A stretch of DNA of 64,000 nucleotides from Alloascoidea hylecoeti. Lineage: Eukaryota. The notes below the pieces were generated by a model, which was not told the DNA's origin, searched no databases, and saw only the letters and a list, made by a program, of their open reading frames with translations. Made by a program: the position numbers and the translations under genes. This document shows, in pieces, positions 1-11,984 of this stretch (positions are counted from its first letter, which is position 1; each line of letters opens with the position of its first letter). The stretch spans positions 124,001 through 188,000 of the forward strand of contig BCKZ01000007.1 in assembly GCA_001600815.1 (NCBI GenBank), read 5' to 3'.

Positions 1-263
1 AAGACGTTATACTTATTCAAAGTAAGTATCATTTATAATTACAATTATCATAAGATATCATCAATTAGTATGACCTACAATGGTTCATACTATATTTAAT
101 TGATTAACTTCTCGCTTAATCTTACTAACTTCTCATATTTTTTAAAACTGTTAGACATTTAATGGAGCAAACAAAAGCACAATATTTAATGTACCTTCCA
201 AAAGATTCAAGGGGTAAATCAGAAGAACTTGCTAGTAAATATATTAAAAATCTTCCTATTTGA
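1..263 (+). CDS. 3' end of an unidentified spliced gene (partial; intron 22..154)
   Basis: GTAAGT donor at 22, TACTAAC branch at 123-129, TTAG acceptor ending at 154. The spliced frame reads ...RRYTYSKHLMEQTKAQYLMYLPKDSRGKSEELASKYIKNLPI* (TGA 261-263). Confidence 0.6.
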
Positions 264-536
264 AAGAGGTAACTAGTTAAAAAATGTTGCATTACATACA
301 CATAACTTCTTAATTGACCAATCAGGTTAATTAATACATGTTATGAAAAATGCAGATAATTATGAATAATGAATTTTGAGCATAGATATATCCAGCTATA
401 GTTATATATCGCAATTGATTTTGAAAGTATCATGGGTCAATTTAAAAATCTTATAAACATGAAACATAGCTATAATACTAGAATAATAAATATTATATGA
501 TATAAAGACAAGATGTTCTCGTAAATGCTTAATAGA

Positions 537-645
537 TAACCGAGATCACTGGTACTTATTTCCCAAACTGATTGCGTCTTATTCTATAGCTACAGCTTAC
601 AAAGCGGAAGATATTAAACAGTCACTTGAAACCATGCATTCCCCG
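537..645 (+). repeat. Diverged ~105 bp direct repeat, copy A (copy B at ~2803-2905)
   Basis: Both copies share TAACCGAGAT, TTATTTCCCAA, a perfect 19-mer ACAGCTTACAAAGCGGAAG (592-610 and 2850-2868), AACAGTCA and TGCATTCC. Confidence 0.8.
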
Positions 646-1669
646 CAGAAACAGGTTGAAAGAACAAGTTCAATGGTACATATAAATACCGCGATACAAA
701 TTTATTATATAGATTATATCAATTGCAATTATGTTATAGCTATAATTTTATATCCAATTTTATAAATTCAATGAAATAAGAACATTCTTTTTTATTTTAA
801 TTTCCACTTTAGCTGCAAGAAAATTTAATCAAAGCCGAGGTACGTATACGATGAAAATATTTATATGATTATGATCGATAAGATAGAGGTTAATACTCAT
901 TAAAGGGGCTATGACATATTTAGTATTTACCATTTATAATTGGATCCAGATTTACATGTGTCCATCATGCGATTATTAATTGACAAATCATAACTGTTAT
1001 AACTAGTGGTACTATTTATATATATTCGGACTATAATACCTCGGGTGAATCAATTGGAATAGGGTCATCAGACTCATCACTAAAATGAATGAATCATTCG
1101 AGCAAACTAATTTTCAATTACCTATAAAGGTGTTCATTCAGCTATTGAGCAATCATTTAATATGAATCATGAGATTATGATTTACTATTGAAAACTAGAA
1201 TGAGGTCTAGCTATAACTTATAACCAAAGAACTAATATAAATACAATTTCAATGAAATTTTAACTGATCATATGCATTATTGTCAACTAGAATAGTTAAT
1301 TGGGTAACAAATCATACGTAAATGAAAGAAAATCTTTAATCGTACATGAAATAACAACATCAACATCTTCAAAATGTTCAATGATCAACAGTAAATCTAA
1401 AGTCTATTTGTCAGTGTCAATTGTAAATTTCATTCACGCTACCAACAAGAGTTGTAAATCTTTCGGTGAACCTGAGGGTGAATGGTGGATCATGATCTCT
1501 CTGTGTCTGCTCAATTAGACACACAATGCTAATTGGCTAGAATTACCCGATATATTATTAAACTACACTGAATATCGTCGCTACACATAGTCAATACTCT
1601 TGTAGTAAATGTCCATCAATCGAGAGTTGGGAATATTCTATTAGCTAATAAATATACTAAAAAATTATT

Positions 1670-2740
1670 CAGATGTATAGAGTGTATAAGATTCCTTGGC
1701 AAGGGAAAAAAATCATTGACTAAATTTCTAAAAATTCTAAAAGTTATATATAAGTTATATAATTGTTTTGTAATTTTCAGAAATTTGATGAAAGGTGTCT
1801 TGTTTGCAAATTGGCAAATTGGAAGTGTGTAGAGAGTTTTACTTTGATCAAGGAACCCATCAGCGTTAAGGAACCTTCAAACATTGTATAAGTACAATTA
1901 ATTTTATATAACTACACGTATGCCTTAATTCAGTTTAAGCTTTTATTTATATTTTACAATAAAGGATCCGCCCAACTGGTATTAGAGCTTGGGCGGCGCC
2001 CGGTATGAGGATTTGACTGGTGCATTTGATAGAATTAGATTAACTAAATTCATAAAGGAGAAGGAAAATAGAGTTCGCCAGAATGCAGCATTAAACAAGA
2101 AAGACAGGACTTCACATAAGTATATCCTTTTGTAAAAAAAAAAGATTTTGGCTTGTCAGAGATGCACCCTTTATTCAAGGCCAATATGGATTTGCAAAAA
2201 GTGCACTGTGTTTGACTGTGAATTTTCGAGAAAACTGAAGGATCTGACGTTATTTTGCCAGAAGTTGAAGATAAACATGAAGTAGAAGACAGTTAGGTTG
2301 TTTATAGTGATGGGTCTGTTGATCGATAGAACGGATGGAAGATGGTGAAGATTAATTTGTTGAAGGAGTATGATGTAGTGTTGCTTCTTAGTGAATTACG
2401 TGCTCCTAATTCTGCAATAGAAGATTATGACTCCATGAAGGAGGTCTTATTACATCTTTATGGGAAATTTGATATTGATTTTTGAAAGGTAAAAAAGTGT
2501 TGAAGTCTGGATTAGAAATCCAAAGGTAAAAACTATGAGCTTGATGTTATTTTGAAAGATCTGAGAACACGCGGCTTAGAAAAAGCAGGGATATAAGCGT
2601 TTCTATTTATACAGATTTTCTTACGAAACCCGTAATAACGTCATATTTAAGAAATCTTTGAAGAATTTGAAGTTCACTAAACCAATTGTTTTTTGATTGA
2701 TATTTCTTGGTATTAGTGAAGGGGTATCAGAGTTTGAATA
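1670..2740 (+). mobile_element. Degenerate LTR-retrotransposon 5' fragment (LTR end, PBS-like site, decayed gag-like region); boundaries approximate
   Basis: AATAAA at 1958, then CCCAAC-TGGTATTAGAGC at 1977-1988 (one mismatch to the TGGTATCAGAGC iMet-type PBS), flanked by the inverted repeat CCGCCCAA/TTGGGCGG. Purine-rich, stop-riddled coding-like sequence follows. Confidence 0.4.
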
Positions 2741-2802
2741 GTAAAGATTAGATTATGTGAAGACTAGATCTAGATATTTCTCCAAATTTAATGGACCTAG
2801 AT

Positions 2803-2905
2803 TAACCGAGATTAATTTTATTTCCCAACGTGATTTTATATTATTATACACAGCTTACAAAGCGGAAGCTTTATTTAACAGTCAAATGGAACCGTGCATT
2901 CCATG
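2803..2905 (+). repeat. Diverged direct repeat, copy B
   Basis: Aligns by eye to 537-645. Confidence 0.8.
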
Positions 2906-4854
2906 CATAGATTAATTGATTTGAATTTTGAAAGAATAACTCCAATAACTGGATTTTTTTTTCTATACATTATTTTATATAAAGGTATAACTATTCAAGT
3001 TAGATCTAGATTCTAGACTATTAAATCTGATTGTCAGAAAAAAAATTGTAATTTAATTTATAGGAATATCATAATATGTCACTTATTTTTTTGTTTATAA
3101 TTGTTTTACATGAATTCATTTTTAATTTTGGAGTGAATCCATTATAATTACCCAAACATAACTAATATGGATTTAATAACGTTATAGTTCCGGCTATATT
3201 CCATAGAGAATATAATTATTATGTTAAAATTATGAAGCTCTGTAACTGTTCTTTTTCTATACCTTATCGGAATTAGAGAGACGATTTATAATCATCGTCT
3301 TCCGATAGCTTCACACGTGAAGTATGACACAATGGATAGATAGTGGAGTGAATGTAGGCCTTAACAAGACGATAAATTTCTAAAAATACAAAAATAAATT
3401 CAAAAGAACCTATGTATCTTTACAGAGCATTGAGTAGAGAATCAGGTACTGCCTTTTTCAGGTTCTCTATTATATCAGCTCTTTTTTTAGTTGCATTAAT
3501 GAGCTTTTTTGGTCTTGGAATTGATTTTATAATTTATATATTCAATCATTTTCTTTGCTGAACCTTCTGTAATACAAGGGACGATTCCAACGATTGCCAT
3601 TAAGCCAGGAAAGCTCCTTGTCGAAGGCTTTATCATATTTTCAACACAGGTTTGATCCGGGCAGCCCAGCTTTTAGCAATGTTTTTTCTCGTCATCAGAT
3701 TAATACCGACTTTTAGGTTGGCCTCCTTCAAGAACACCTCTATAATTGATCGCAGTACCATGAACCCAGCTTCAAGTTTTATAAACCTTAATCATTTTTA
3801 AGCTTCTTTTTTACGACAGTAATATCTGACACAAAGTAAAGGGAAAAAAATAGTTCTTGTTGAGTATGGAGGTGCCTAATTTACGACGGTATAAGATAAA
3901 GTGTGATCAGGAAATAGGTTCCTTTGAATGAACTTAATCACCAGCTAAAAATAAACTATAACTTATAACTAGGAGCTCACTGCCTGCCAGGTTTCATACA
4001 TATTCTCGTTATTATTATTTATATGGTACATACTACATACTACATAGTCATATACAAGCACGTATGGTGGCATTAGTGAGTCAGACTTGAAGATCAGGCT
4101 TAACTTTTCTTTCTATTTGCAATCTCGTGATAACAATATAATTGATGCTACATTATTTGTGTAGCTATTTAGACTGCTATTTCCAATTATGACGTTTATA
4201 AATTTGAGACAGCATCGGATAAGATGATGCACATGCATCGTTATAAAATTAGATATCTTTGAAGAAAAGACTTACAAGTTTTAACTTCGTGCTCAAAAAT
4301 GATAGTTTAGCTGCTCCTGAATCGATTAAATATATGACCATAAAAACATTTAGATTTCATGTGTTTCATTAAAGCGGTATATATCTAATATCCATAAACA
4401 TTGATCTATTCACCAATGCAAGTATATAATATTTAATTCGACTCATCGACCTTCCAAGGTAACAGTAAGGCTGTGGATGTCTGCGGAGAAAACAAAGCTC
4501 TTGTCCATATTTTCGGGAGAACAACAATATTACACAAATATACTCCAAAATTCTAGACTACTTATAAATAGATAAATACACATTACGATAGTGTAGCATT
4601 TCGTTGATGATCACAGAAAGCCCAAGGCGACGACATGAACACAATAGTGTCTATATTTAATATTTTTAAAAGTTTGTTATCGTGAGCATAAGTGACTCGA
4701 CAAACTGTGCATAGGGATTTGGGACATTTAAGCCCATCGTTCATTGCCACCCTTCTCCATTTCTTTCTTTATTCCCCTCCTTCTTATTTTATCCTCCTTT
4801 TAATCTATCAAGGAATCACCTTCTCCATATCTCATTTATAGTAATTTTTTGAAA

Positions 4855-6546
4855 ATGAAGACAACCTCTTTGATCATTCCCGCCGCTTTGGCTTCGACCG
4901 TTGCTGCTCTTGTTATACCACAACTTAACAATGATGCGTTGATTGCTTATCAACAAGGCCCCCAAGCTGTCCTAGCAGAACCAAAGCTTTTAAAGGACAT
5001 GATTCCAAAGAAGGCCGCTGATGCTATCCATAAATCCTTCGATAAAACGAAAGAAGCGATAGGTTCTTTAGAAGATAAGGCTGCCCCATTCGTTACCTCA
5101 GTTCACGCATTAAAGAATCTCATTCCCCACTCTTATATTATTATCTTAAAGGACGATATCAATCAACAAGACTTATCATCACATGTCGAGTGGGCTCAGA
5201 CTTTAAATGATGAACAAGTTGGTAGTTTGTTGTCGTCCGACCCAAACAATACATTTTTTGATATAACAGGTATTAAGGCAGATTCAGAAGCTAAGGATAA
5301 AAAATTGGGCGGTATTAATCATGTGTTTTCTTTACAAGGCTTCACCGGTTATTCTGCAACATTATTACCGGACACTATTGAGCAAATTAGAAGACATCCA
5401 AGCGTCTTGATGGTGGAACAAGATTCCGTTGTTTATGCAAGCGAGTTTGATACTGAAAAGGGCGCACCATGGGGTCTTGCTAGAATTTCCCATCGTGAGA
5501 AGTTAAGTTTAGGTACTTTTAGTAATTATTTGTTTGATAATGAAGGTGGTGAAGGTGTTACATCATATGTTATCGATACAGGTATTAACGTTGATCATGT
5601 TGATTTTGATGGTAGAGCCAAGTGGGGTAAAACAATTCCTCAGAATGATCAGGATATTGATGGAAATGGTCATGGAACTCATTGTGCAGGTACAATTGCT
5701 TCTAAGACTTATGGTGTTGCCAAGGGCGCAAACGTTGTTGCTGTTAAGGTTTTAGGTACAAATGGTTCTGGTTCAATGGCTGATGTTGTTAAGGGCGTTG
5801 AATGGGCTGCTAATTCACATATTGCTGCTTCAAAATCAAAGAAGAAGGGATTCAAAGGTTCAACTGCTAATATGTCTCTTGGTGGTGGTAAATCCCCATC
5901 ATTAGATAATATTGTTAACGCTGCTGTCAGCGCTGGTTTACATTTTGCAGTCGCCGCAGGAAATGAAAACCAAGATGCTTGTAACTCTTCTCCAGCAGCA
6001 GCAGAAAACGCTGTTACTGTTGGTGCTTCAACATTAGGTGATGATAGAGCATACTTTTCTAACTTTGGTAAATGTGTTGATATTTTTGCACCAGGTTTAA
6101 ATGTTTTATCAACATATATTGGTTCTCAATACGCAACTGCTTCATTATCAGGAACATCTATGGCATCTCCTCATATTGCTGGATTATTATCATATTTCCT
6201 CTCTTTACAACCTGAAACAGATTCAGGATTTGCTACAAGTACAATCACACCAGCACAACTAAAAAAGAATTTGATTGCATATGGTACTCCAAATATTCTT
6301 AAAGATGTTAATTCTGATACACCAAATATTTTAGCATTTAATGGAGCTGGACAAAATTTGACTTCATTCTGGTCGGGTCATAAATCTGATGTTGAAGAAG
6401 TTAAGAATATCAATATCAATGAAGATAAACGAATTTCATTAGAAAGAAAATTAAATGAAAAAATCTTACCATTAACTAATAAAATCATTGAAGAAGTTAA
6501 TGAATTAGTTGATGAAATGAGAGAAGAATTTAATGGAGTTTTATAA
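4855..6546 (+). CDS. PRB1: Vacuolar subtilisin-like serine protease B (cerevisin)
   Basis: Signal peptide, I9 propeptide, and S8 catalytic motifs VIDTG, HGTHCAGTI and GTSMASPH. First ATG is at 4855 (the track starts at TTG 4849). Confidence 0.95.
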   Translation: MKTTSLIIPAALASTVAALVIPQLNNDALIAYQQGPQAVLAEPKLLKDMIPKKAADAIHKSFDKTKEAIGSLEDKAAPFVTSVHALKNLIPHSYIIILKDDINQQDLSSHVEWAQTLNDEQVGSLLSSDPNNTFFDITGIKADSEAKDKKLGGINHVFSLQGFTGYSATLLPDTIEQIRRHPSVLMVEQDSVVYASEFDTEKGAPWGLARISHREKLSLGTFSNYLFDNEGGEGVTSYVIDTGINVDHVDFDGRAKWGKTIPQNDQDIDGNGHGTHCAGTIASKTYGVAKGANVVAVKVLGTNGSGSMADVVKGVEWAANSHIAASKSKKKGFKGSTANMSLGGGKSPSLDNIVNAAVSAGLHFAVAAGNENQDACNSSPAAAENAVTVGASTLGDDRAYFSNFGKCVDIFAPGLNVLSTYIGSQYATASLSGTSMASPHIAGLLSYFLSLQPETDSGFATSTITPAQLKKNLIAYGTPNILKDVNSDTPNILAFNGAGQNLTSFWSGHKSDVEEVKNININEDKRISLERKLNEKILPLTNKIIEEVNELVDEMREEFNGVL

Positions 6547-7660
6547 ATTAATTGATATGTAGAACATATCAAAACAATAATTATTATTATAGCTATTCAT
6601 AATTTAAAATGATTAATATAACTTATAATGTGATATGAGAGATGTACGAATGAGGGTGTGGTTTTTGTTATCATTTTTATTTTGATTTATACAGTTTACA
6701 TAATTTAATACACTATTATGGTTGTCAAGAACTTTTTACGAGTTTATTGATTGACGCCAATTTGATGGTCAATATTAATTATACATTAATTACACTTAAT
6801 TTCAGCTATCTAGAGTATTGAATATTGAATATTCGGCCATTTGATAAAAGATTTATTCGCTCATTTTAAACTAAATGACGCGTGGGGGACGCAAATCCGG
6901 AAGAAATCTACCAAACTTACAGATTACATGGTTTATATAAATTTGTTCTGAAGATATTATATTCAGCTAGTTTAGTATATTTTTAAAAAAGAAATCAGAT
7001 TATCAAGTATTTGATCTTCACAAGTGGGTTCTTTAATCTTAATAGACAAGTCGTGATAGTAGACAAGTTTCAGACAGTTTATTAATTTTGGTTAAGTTAC
7101 TCATTATTGAGTTTTCGACTACAGAGTGTGAGAGCTTGTGTTTTCTTTTTGGTACCTGTTGTATCCATTTATCTTTTATAACCACTTTCACGTCATATAA
7201 ATGGTTGAGAACGTGATACGATTGTGGTCTAAATTTTAAGTGTAACGACAATATTGTTTCTGCTTTGTTGTAAAAAATGAAACCGAAACTTTCGATGATA
7301 TGAATATAACTCTTGTGCATAGTTCAAATAACTGCACACATAAATTTGGCCATATATATTATATATATTCGGTAGGAAGTTTATAGTTATAAATAACCGG
7401 TGATTAATGTTCTATAAAAATGAGAAAGATAAATACACTGGATAGTAGATCTAGATACTATTAAGCAATAAAATTTTAATTTGGATATAATGTGCTATGA
7501 CTAAAATCAAATAATTGACTTTATAATTGTAAAATTTTAAAAGAATGAAATGTATATTTTTTATAATTAATAATAGATTATCTAACATGAAATCTTGATA
7601 AATTTATCAGAATATAGCAAGGGCAATACCAATACCAGTATGCCGCTGAGATTATCTGCC

Positions 7661-7778
7661 TTAACAGGTGCAAGTGCAAACACATTCAACACCAGGGGGG
7701 CAAGTACAAGTGCAAGTACAAACGCATTCCTTTTCTGAACCAGAGCTTGAAGTGCAGGTGCAAACACAGTTACCACTG

Positions 7779-7815
<37 letters not shown>

Positions 7816-7894
7816 GAGTACCCTCATTTTTTGGGGTATACTTAGTAGCACAATCTTGTTGTGAGGTGCAAGAGCAATCAGTAGTACTAGCCAT
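7661..7894 (-). CDS. Metallothionein-like Cys-rich protein MT-A (77 aa, 15 Cys, poly-Thr spacer)
   Basis: MASTTDCSCTSQQDC...(T)12...CVCTC...CVCTCTCTCPPGVECVCTCTC*. Shares its N-terminal CSCTS with the two neighbours, plus a shared promoter block. Confidence 0.75.
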
Positions 7895-9075
7895 TCTTAA
7901 TAAGTTATGTTATGAACAGAAGTTGAAATAATTTGAAGAAAAAGTTCGGAAAATGTTTTTGCTTTTGTTTATCTTTATTTGATTTAATTAAATAGCTTTA
8001 GATTAACTAACTATAAATCAATATTGAAAAGATGAAGAAACAGAAAATTAAGAGGATTTTGATCCCTTTTTAAATTCAAAAATTAACTCATTTACAACTA
8101 ATCTAACCAGTAATAATGGATAATTTTCATGAATCATCAATATTAATAATCAATGTTTTCTATATATTTATAGGTTATTCAATTTTGACTAATGTTATAT
8201 TCTTCCGGATTTGGTAGTTTATATACTATATACATATGCAACTACAACATTAGAGTAATATTTGACTTTATGCATATGCATATGGTATATCTCTTACTAA
8301 ATATGGCTATATCTGCATATGAATGGTCTATCATTGGTTCATAATCGATTAAGAATTGTCATAAGTAACTGAAGTGGCGAAACTTTATCTAATCCTCATT
8401 CAGTTATCTTTATGAACAGTTACAAATTAAATTTTTAAATAAATTTAAAAATGATATCATTATTAAGTTTGAAGAACTGAATGTCAAATTTGATAGATTT
8501 CTAGAATCAGATAAGAAAAATATAGAAATTCTGAGAAAGATTCAGAAGTTCCTGCGAATAAAGAGCCACTAAATAATCCTACTTCAACACAAAAATGATA
8601 AATTTGTTTATGAAGTTCTTAATATTTATAAACTTATACATAGCTACAAGTCTAAATCCTTTTGATCAAGGCCAAAATGAAACATCTCTAGAAAGAATGA
8701 ATAAATAAATACGTATTTTTATAGGGCCTATATTTAGCTATATTTATTTCACGTAAAGCGGTCGACCGGTAGTACCCGTTAGTTTACATAACTTTTAGAT
8801 TATCTCACGGAACCTAGGCATAAATTTATAACTGAAATTTGATCATTGGACAGACAATGGAAAGTGATCCATAGTAAGGAGTGGAAAATACACGAATGTA
8901 AATAGTTTCTACTCATTTGTAACATTAGCTTATTTCATATAATATAATTTATAACTTAATTTTAGAAAAACAAAAACAATAAACAGATGTTAAGTAAGAT
9001 ACCAGTATCAGCCACCTTATCAGCCACCGTATAAACCTGATCATAAAGCTTAAATATCAATAATTCCCTATCGAT

Positions 9076-9165
9076 TCAATGTTTCTTTGTGCAGCAAGAA
9101 CAAGAGCAAGGGCAACTAGAAGCACAATGACATTCCCTTGATGAAGTGCAAGAGCAGCCAGCCAT
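9076..9165 (-). CDS. Small metallothionein MT-B (29 aa, 9 Cys), not in ORF track
   Basis: Manual translation gives MAGCSCTSSRECHCASSCPCSCSCCTKKH*. AAA-ATG start context; TATAAAAAGG about 150 bp upstream. Confidence 0.88.
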   Translation of the reverse strand: MAGCSCTSSRECHCASSCPCSCSCCTKKH

Positions 9166-10185
9166 TTTGAATAAGTATAGTATTAATAAATTGAGGGTTG
9201 AAGTGTTTTAGAAGATAGCTTAAAAGGCTTTTTTGTAATTAATTTAAATCAAATTTCAAATGAATTGATTTTTGAGGAGATGAAGAATTTGAAATAGAGG
9301 AGGATTTTAGATCCTTTTTATACCAAGGGATAAGCTAACTAAAAGCGATCAGTATGATTCATTTTATATTTAATTCTGATGAAAAAATTAATATTAATCT
9401 AATGTATAAATTCCTCTAGTTTAAAAGTGCTTATCATGAATTCATGCAATCATAAAGCTGTCATATCATCACAATTTCATATCTATCAATATAATTATAT
9501 TCAAAGAATTGGACCTAATAAATATGCATATTCACTGATGAATCTTACCTGGTACCGGTCATGATTGTGATATAGATGATGACCATATCTGGACAATAAA
9601 ACCAGTATCATATATTTATGTGATCATGTTATTATCATGTTATTCCTATGGGATACATTCATGGTTTTTATTGTGATGATTGGAGCGGTCTGATTTTTCT
9701 TATAGATCTAGAGAATGTGTCTCTCTTTGTTTGGTTTTAGGCAATCGATCGTGCTCGACTTTTTCTACTTGTAATTGGGTGAAGCTATCAACAATACAAA
9801 CGTCGTAGTCCATTGTTTGAAGATTTTGATCTGAAACCCATATGAATCACCAGAGCTTATAATCAACACAGAATTGATCTACTAATAATATGGTATATCA
9901 CAACTACAAGTTTATACATTGATAATATCACTTTTGAAATTAACTTTATGAAGCATAAATAATATTTATTAAAAGCAAACTACGTTAATAATTTTCTTTT
10001 TTTGTTTTAGCTAAATCCACAAATCCACATAATCCAGAATCATTAATATAAAAAACTAACCATTAATTTGTATTTGAATATCGAAGATAAATATAATTAA
10101 AATATGACCAAATCGATAATTATAGAAATTGAAGTGACCATTTAAACAGTTGAGATGTTTAATTTAAATTTGAGAATCACTATAA

Positions 10186-10275
10186 CTAGTGCTTGTGACC
10201 ACAGCAAGTGCAATCGCAATTAGCAGCACAGTGACAGTCCTTTGATGAAGTGCAAGAGCAAGTAGTACCAGTCAT
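10186..10275 (-). CDS. Small metallothionein MT-C (29 aa, 8 Cys), not in ORF track
   Basis: Manual translation gives MTGTTCSCTSSKDCHCAANCDCTCCGHKH*. AAA-ATG start context; TATAAAAGG about 130 bp upstream; clear paralog of MT-B. Confidence 0.88.
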   Translation of the reverse strand: MTGTTCSCTSSKDCHCAANCDCTCCGHKH

Positions 10276-11984
10276 TTTAAATACCTATAAGTAATTGTAT
10301 ACCAAGTTTATGAGTGAATAAATGTTTTTTAAAACTTATTTATAATGAATTTTGTTATTGATATTGATAAAAAGAATGCGAATTCAGAGAAGATGTTGGC
10401 TCCTTTTATATTCATAACTCGGTTTAGATTGTATATATACGACTATAGATGATCTGTAGCTATATCTATATTACATAACTTGATTATACAGGTAAGAAAC
10501 GTTTATATTCTATGATTTAACCGATCATCTAGCACTTAAGCGCTAGCTCATATCTGGATTCCATTTCCATCTCCATTTCCATAATATTCAGTTAGTAAAT
10601 ATCAAATTTCAAAATTATATAATAGATGATCAAGTATTACGCCGGAAGATTGTTTCATTTTGAAAAACATATTTTGGTAATTAGTATGAAAATTTGTATT
10701 AGATCTAGAGCATTCCATATGCAAATAGGCTATAAGTCTTATATCTAATTAGGTGTAGTGGTATACAATATACAGAATTAATTATACATCATAATAATAA
10801 TCATGAGATATCTAGCTATATTACCATAATTTTAATTGGGTTGGGAAGTGTATGACATATTCAATAGCAATGTTGAGTATGATACAGTTTTGCACTTTTA
10901 TTTCGCCACATTGGAGAACCTATTTCGTCACTGAAGATAAAGAAATTAGGTATTCAGAGTCTTACAAAAATCACCAACATCCAAACATCTCAATTCCCAA
11001 CAACTCAACAATTAACAATTGGTTGTTCTATATAATTTACATGAAGATAAACTTTATATGTATAATAATTCCTAAATAGCGGTTACGATTGCAATTGAAG
11101 ATGATTATGATCATGATAATAAAATTTCTAGTATATCTCTGATTGACTACACATTTGTAAGTCTAGACTTTCAATTGTCGATCATCTCATGATCATGAGT
11201 TAATAATTATACTAAACCCCGCAGCCGGTTATTTGATTTTCAAGGTAAGTAGTTGATATTTAATGTGAAAAGTTCATAACCACTATATTGAAGATAATTA
11301 ACCATATATCATGTTACCTATAATTAGATTAAATTTGTTGTAAATCTTATTGGAAATGTAAAAGTTCATTTAATTTGGTTAGATAATTAAGACCATGTAT
11401 ATGAGCATATGGGCCTATATTCATAGTAATATTTAGCATTAAATACTACATTTTTATATAAATATACTAAACGCTGATGTTAACTAACAGCCTAGATTGC
11501 CAGAACATTTCAAAATTGAGCCATCATCATTTACACAGTTAATCAATCGATAAATAAGTAATCGGCATCAGTTGAAACAATAGAAAACTGAAGATTAAAG
11601 TTCTAGATTTCATGTAGAATGGAATATTCCATCAGTTCCGTTATACTATCATTTTCATAATTCCGTGGTACTCTCTCGAACAAATTATTAAATTATTTGG
11701 TTTCGATCTAAAGGTGATAAGTATATGGACTTAAATTATATGAACTTGGAAAATGATATTTTAAATATGGAATCCCAATAGGTTGAAATACCAGTATGTT
11801 TTTTATCAACACCCCAAGAATCTTATATAAGCCTGATGCTGTATGGCATTCATAATTTATGCAGGGACACATATATATTTGAACCCTTGCATCTGAATAT
11901 AAAATTGGACCAATCATAGCATCTGCTTACCAATTTTTGGCCAACATGTATTCCATACTTCCTCACTTCGAATCGTTATTCAAC

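Noticed and set aside
3450..3800. Minus-strand coding-like relic upstream of PRB1
   Set aside because: Multiple stops and no motif I could assign.
7582..7931. ORFs 7582..7851 (-) poly-Leu and 7668..7931 (+) poly-Val
   Set aside because: They are alternative frames of the (ACT)n repeat inside MT-A. Only the Cys-rich frame has paralog support.
8141..10598. Single TTACTAA/TTAGTAA (8294, 10592) and a Yap8-like ATTAATAATCA (~8142) near the MT genes
   Set aside because: Such AT-rich words are expected by chance at this base composition and are not positionally conserved across the three promoters.
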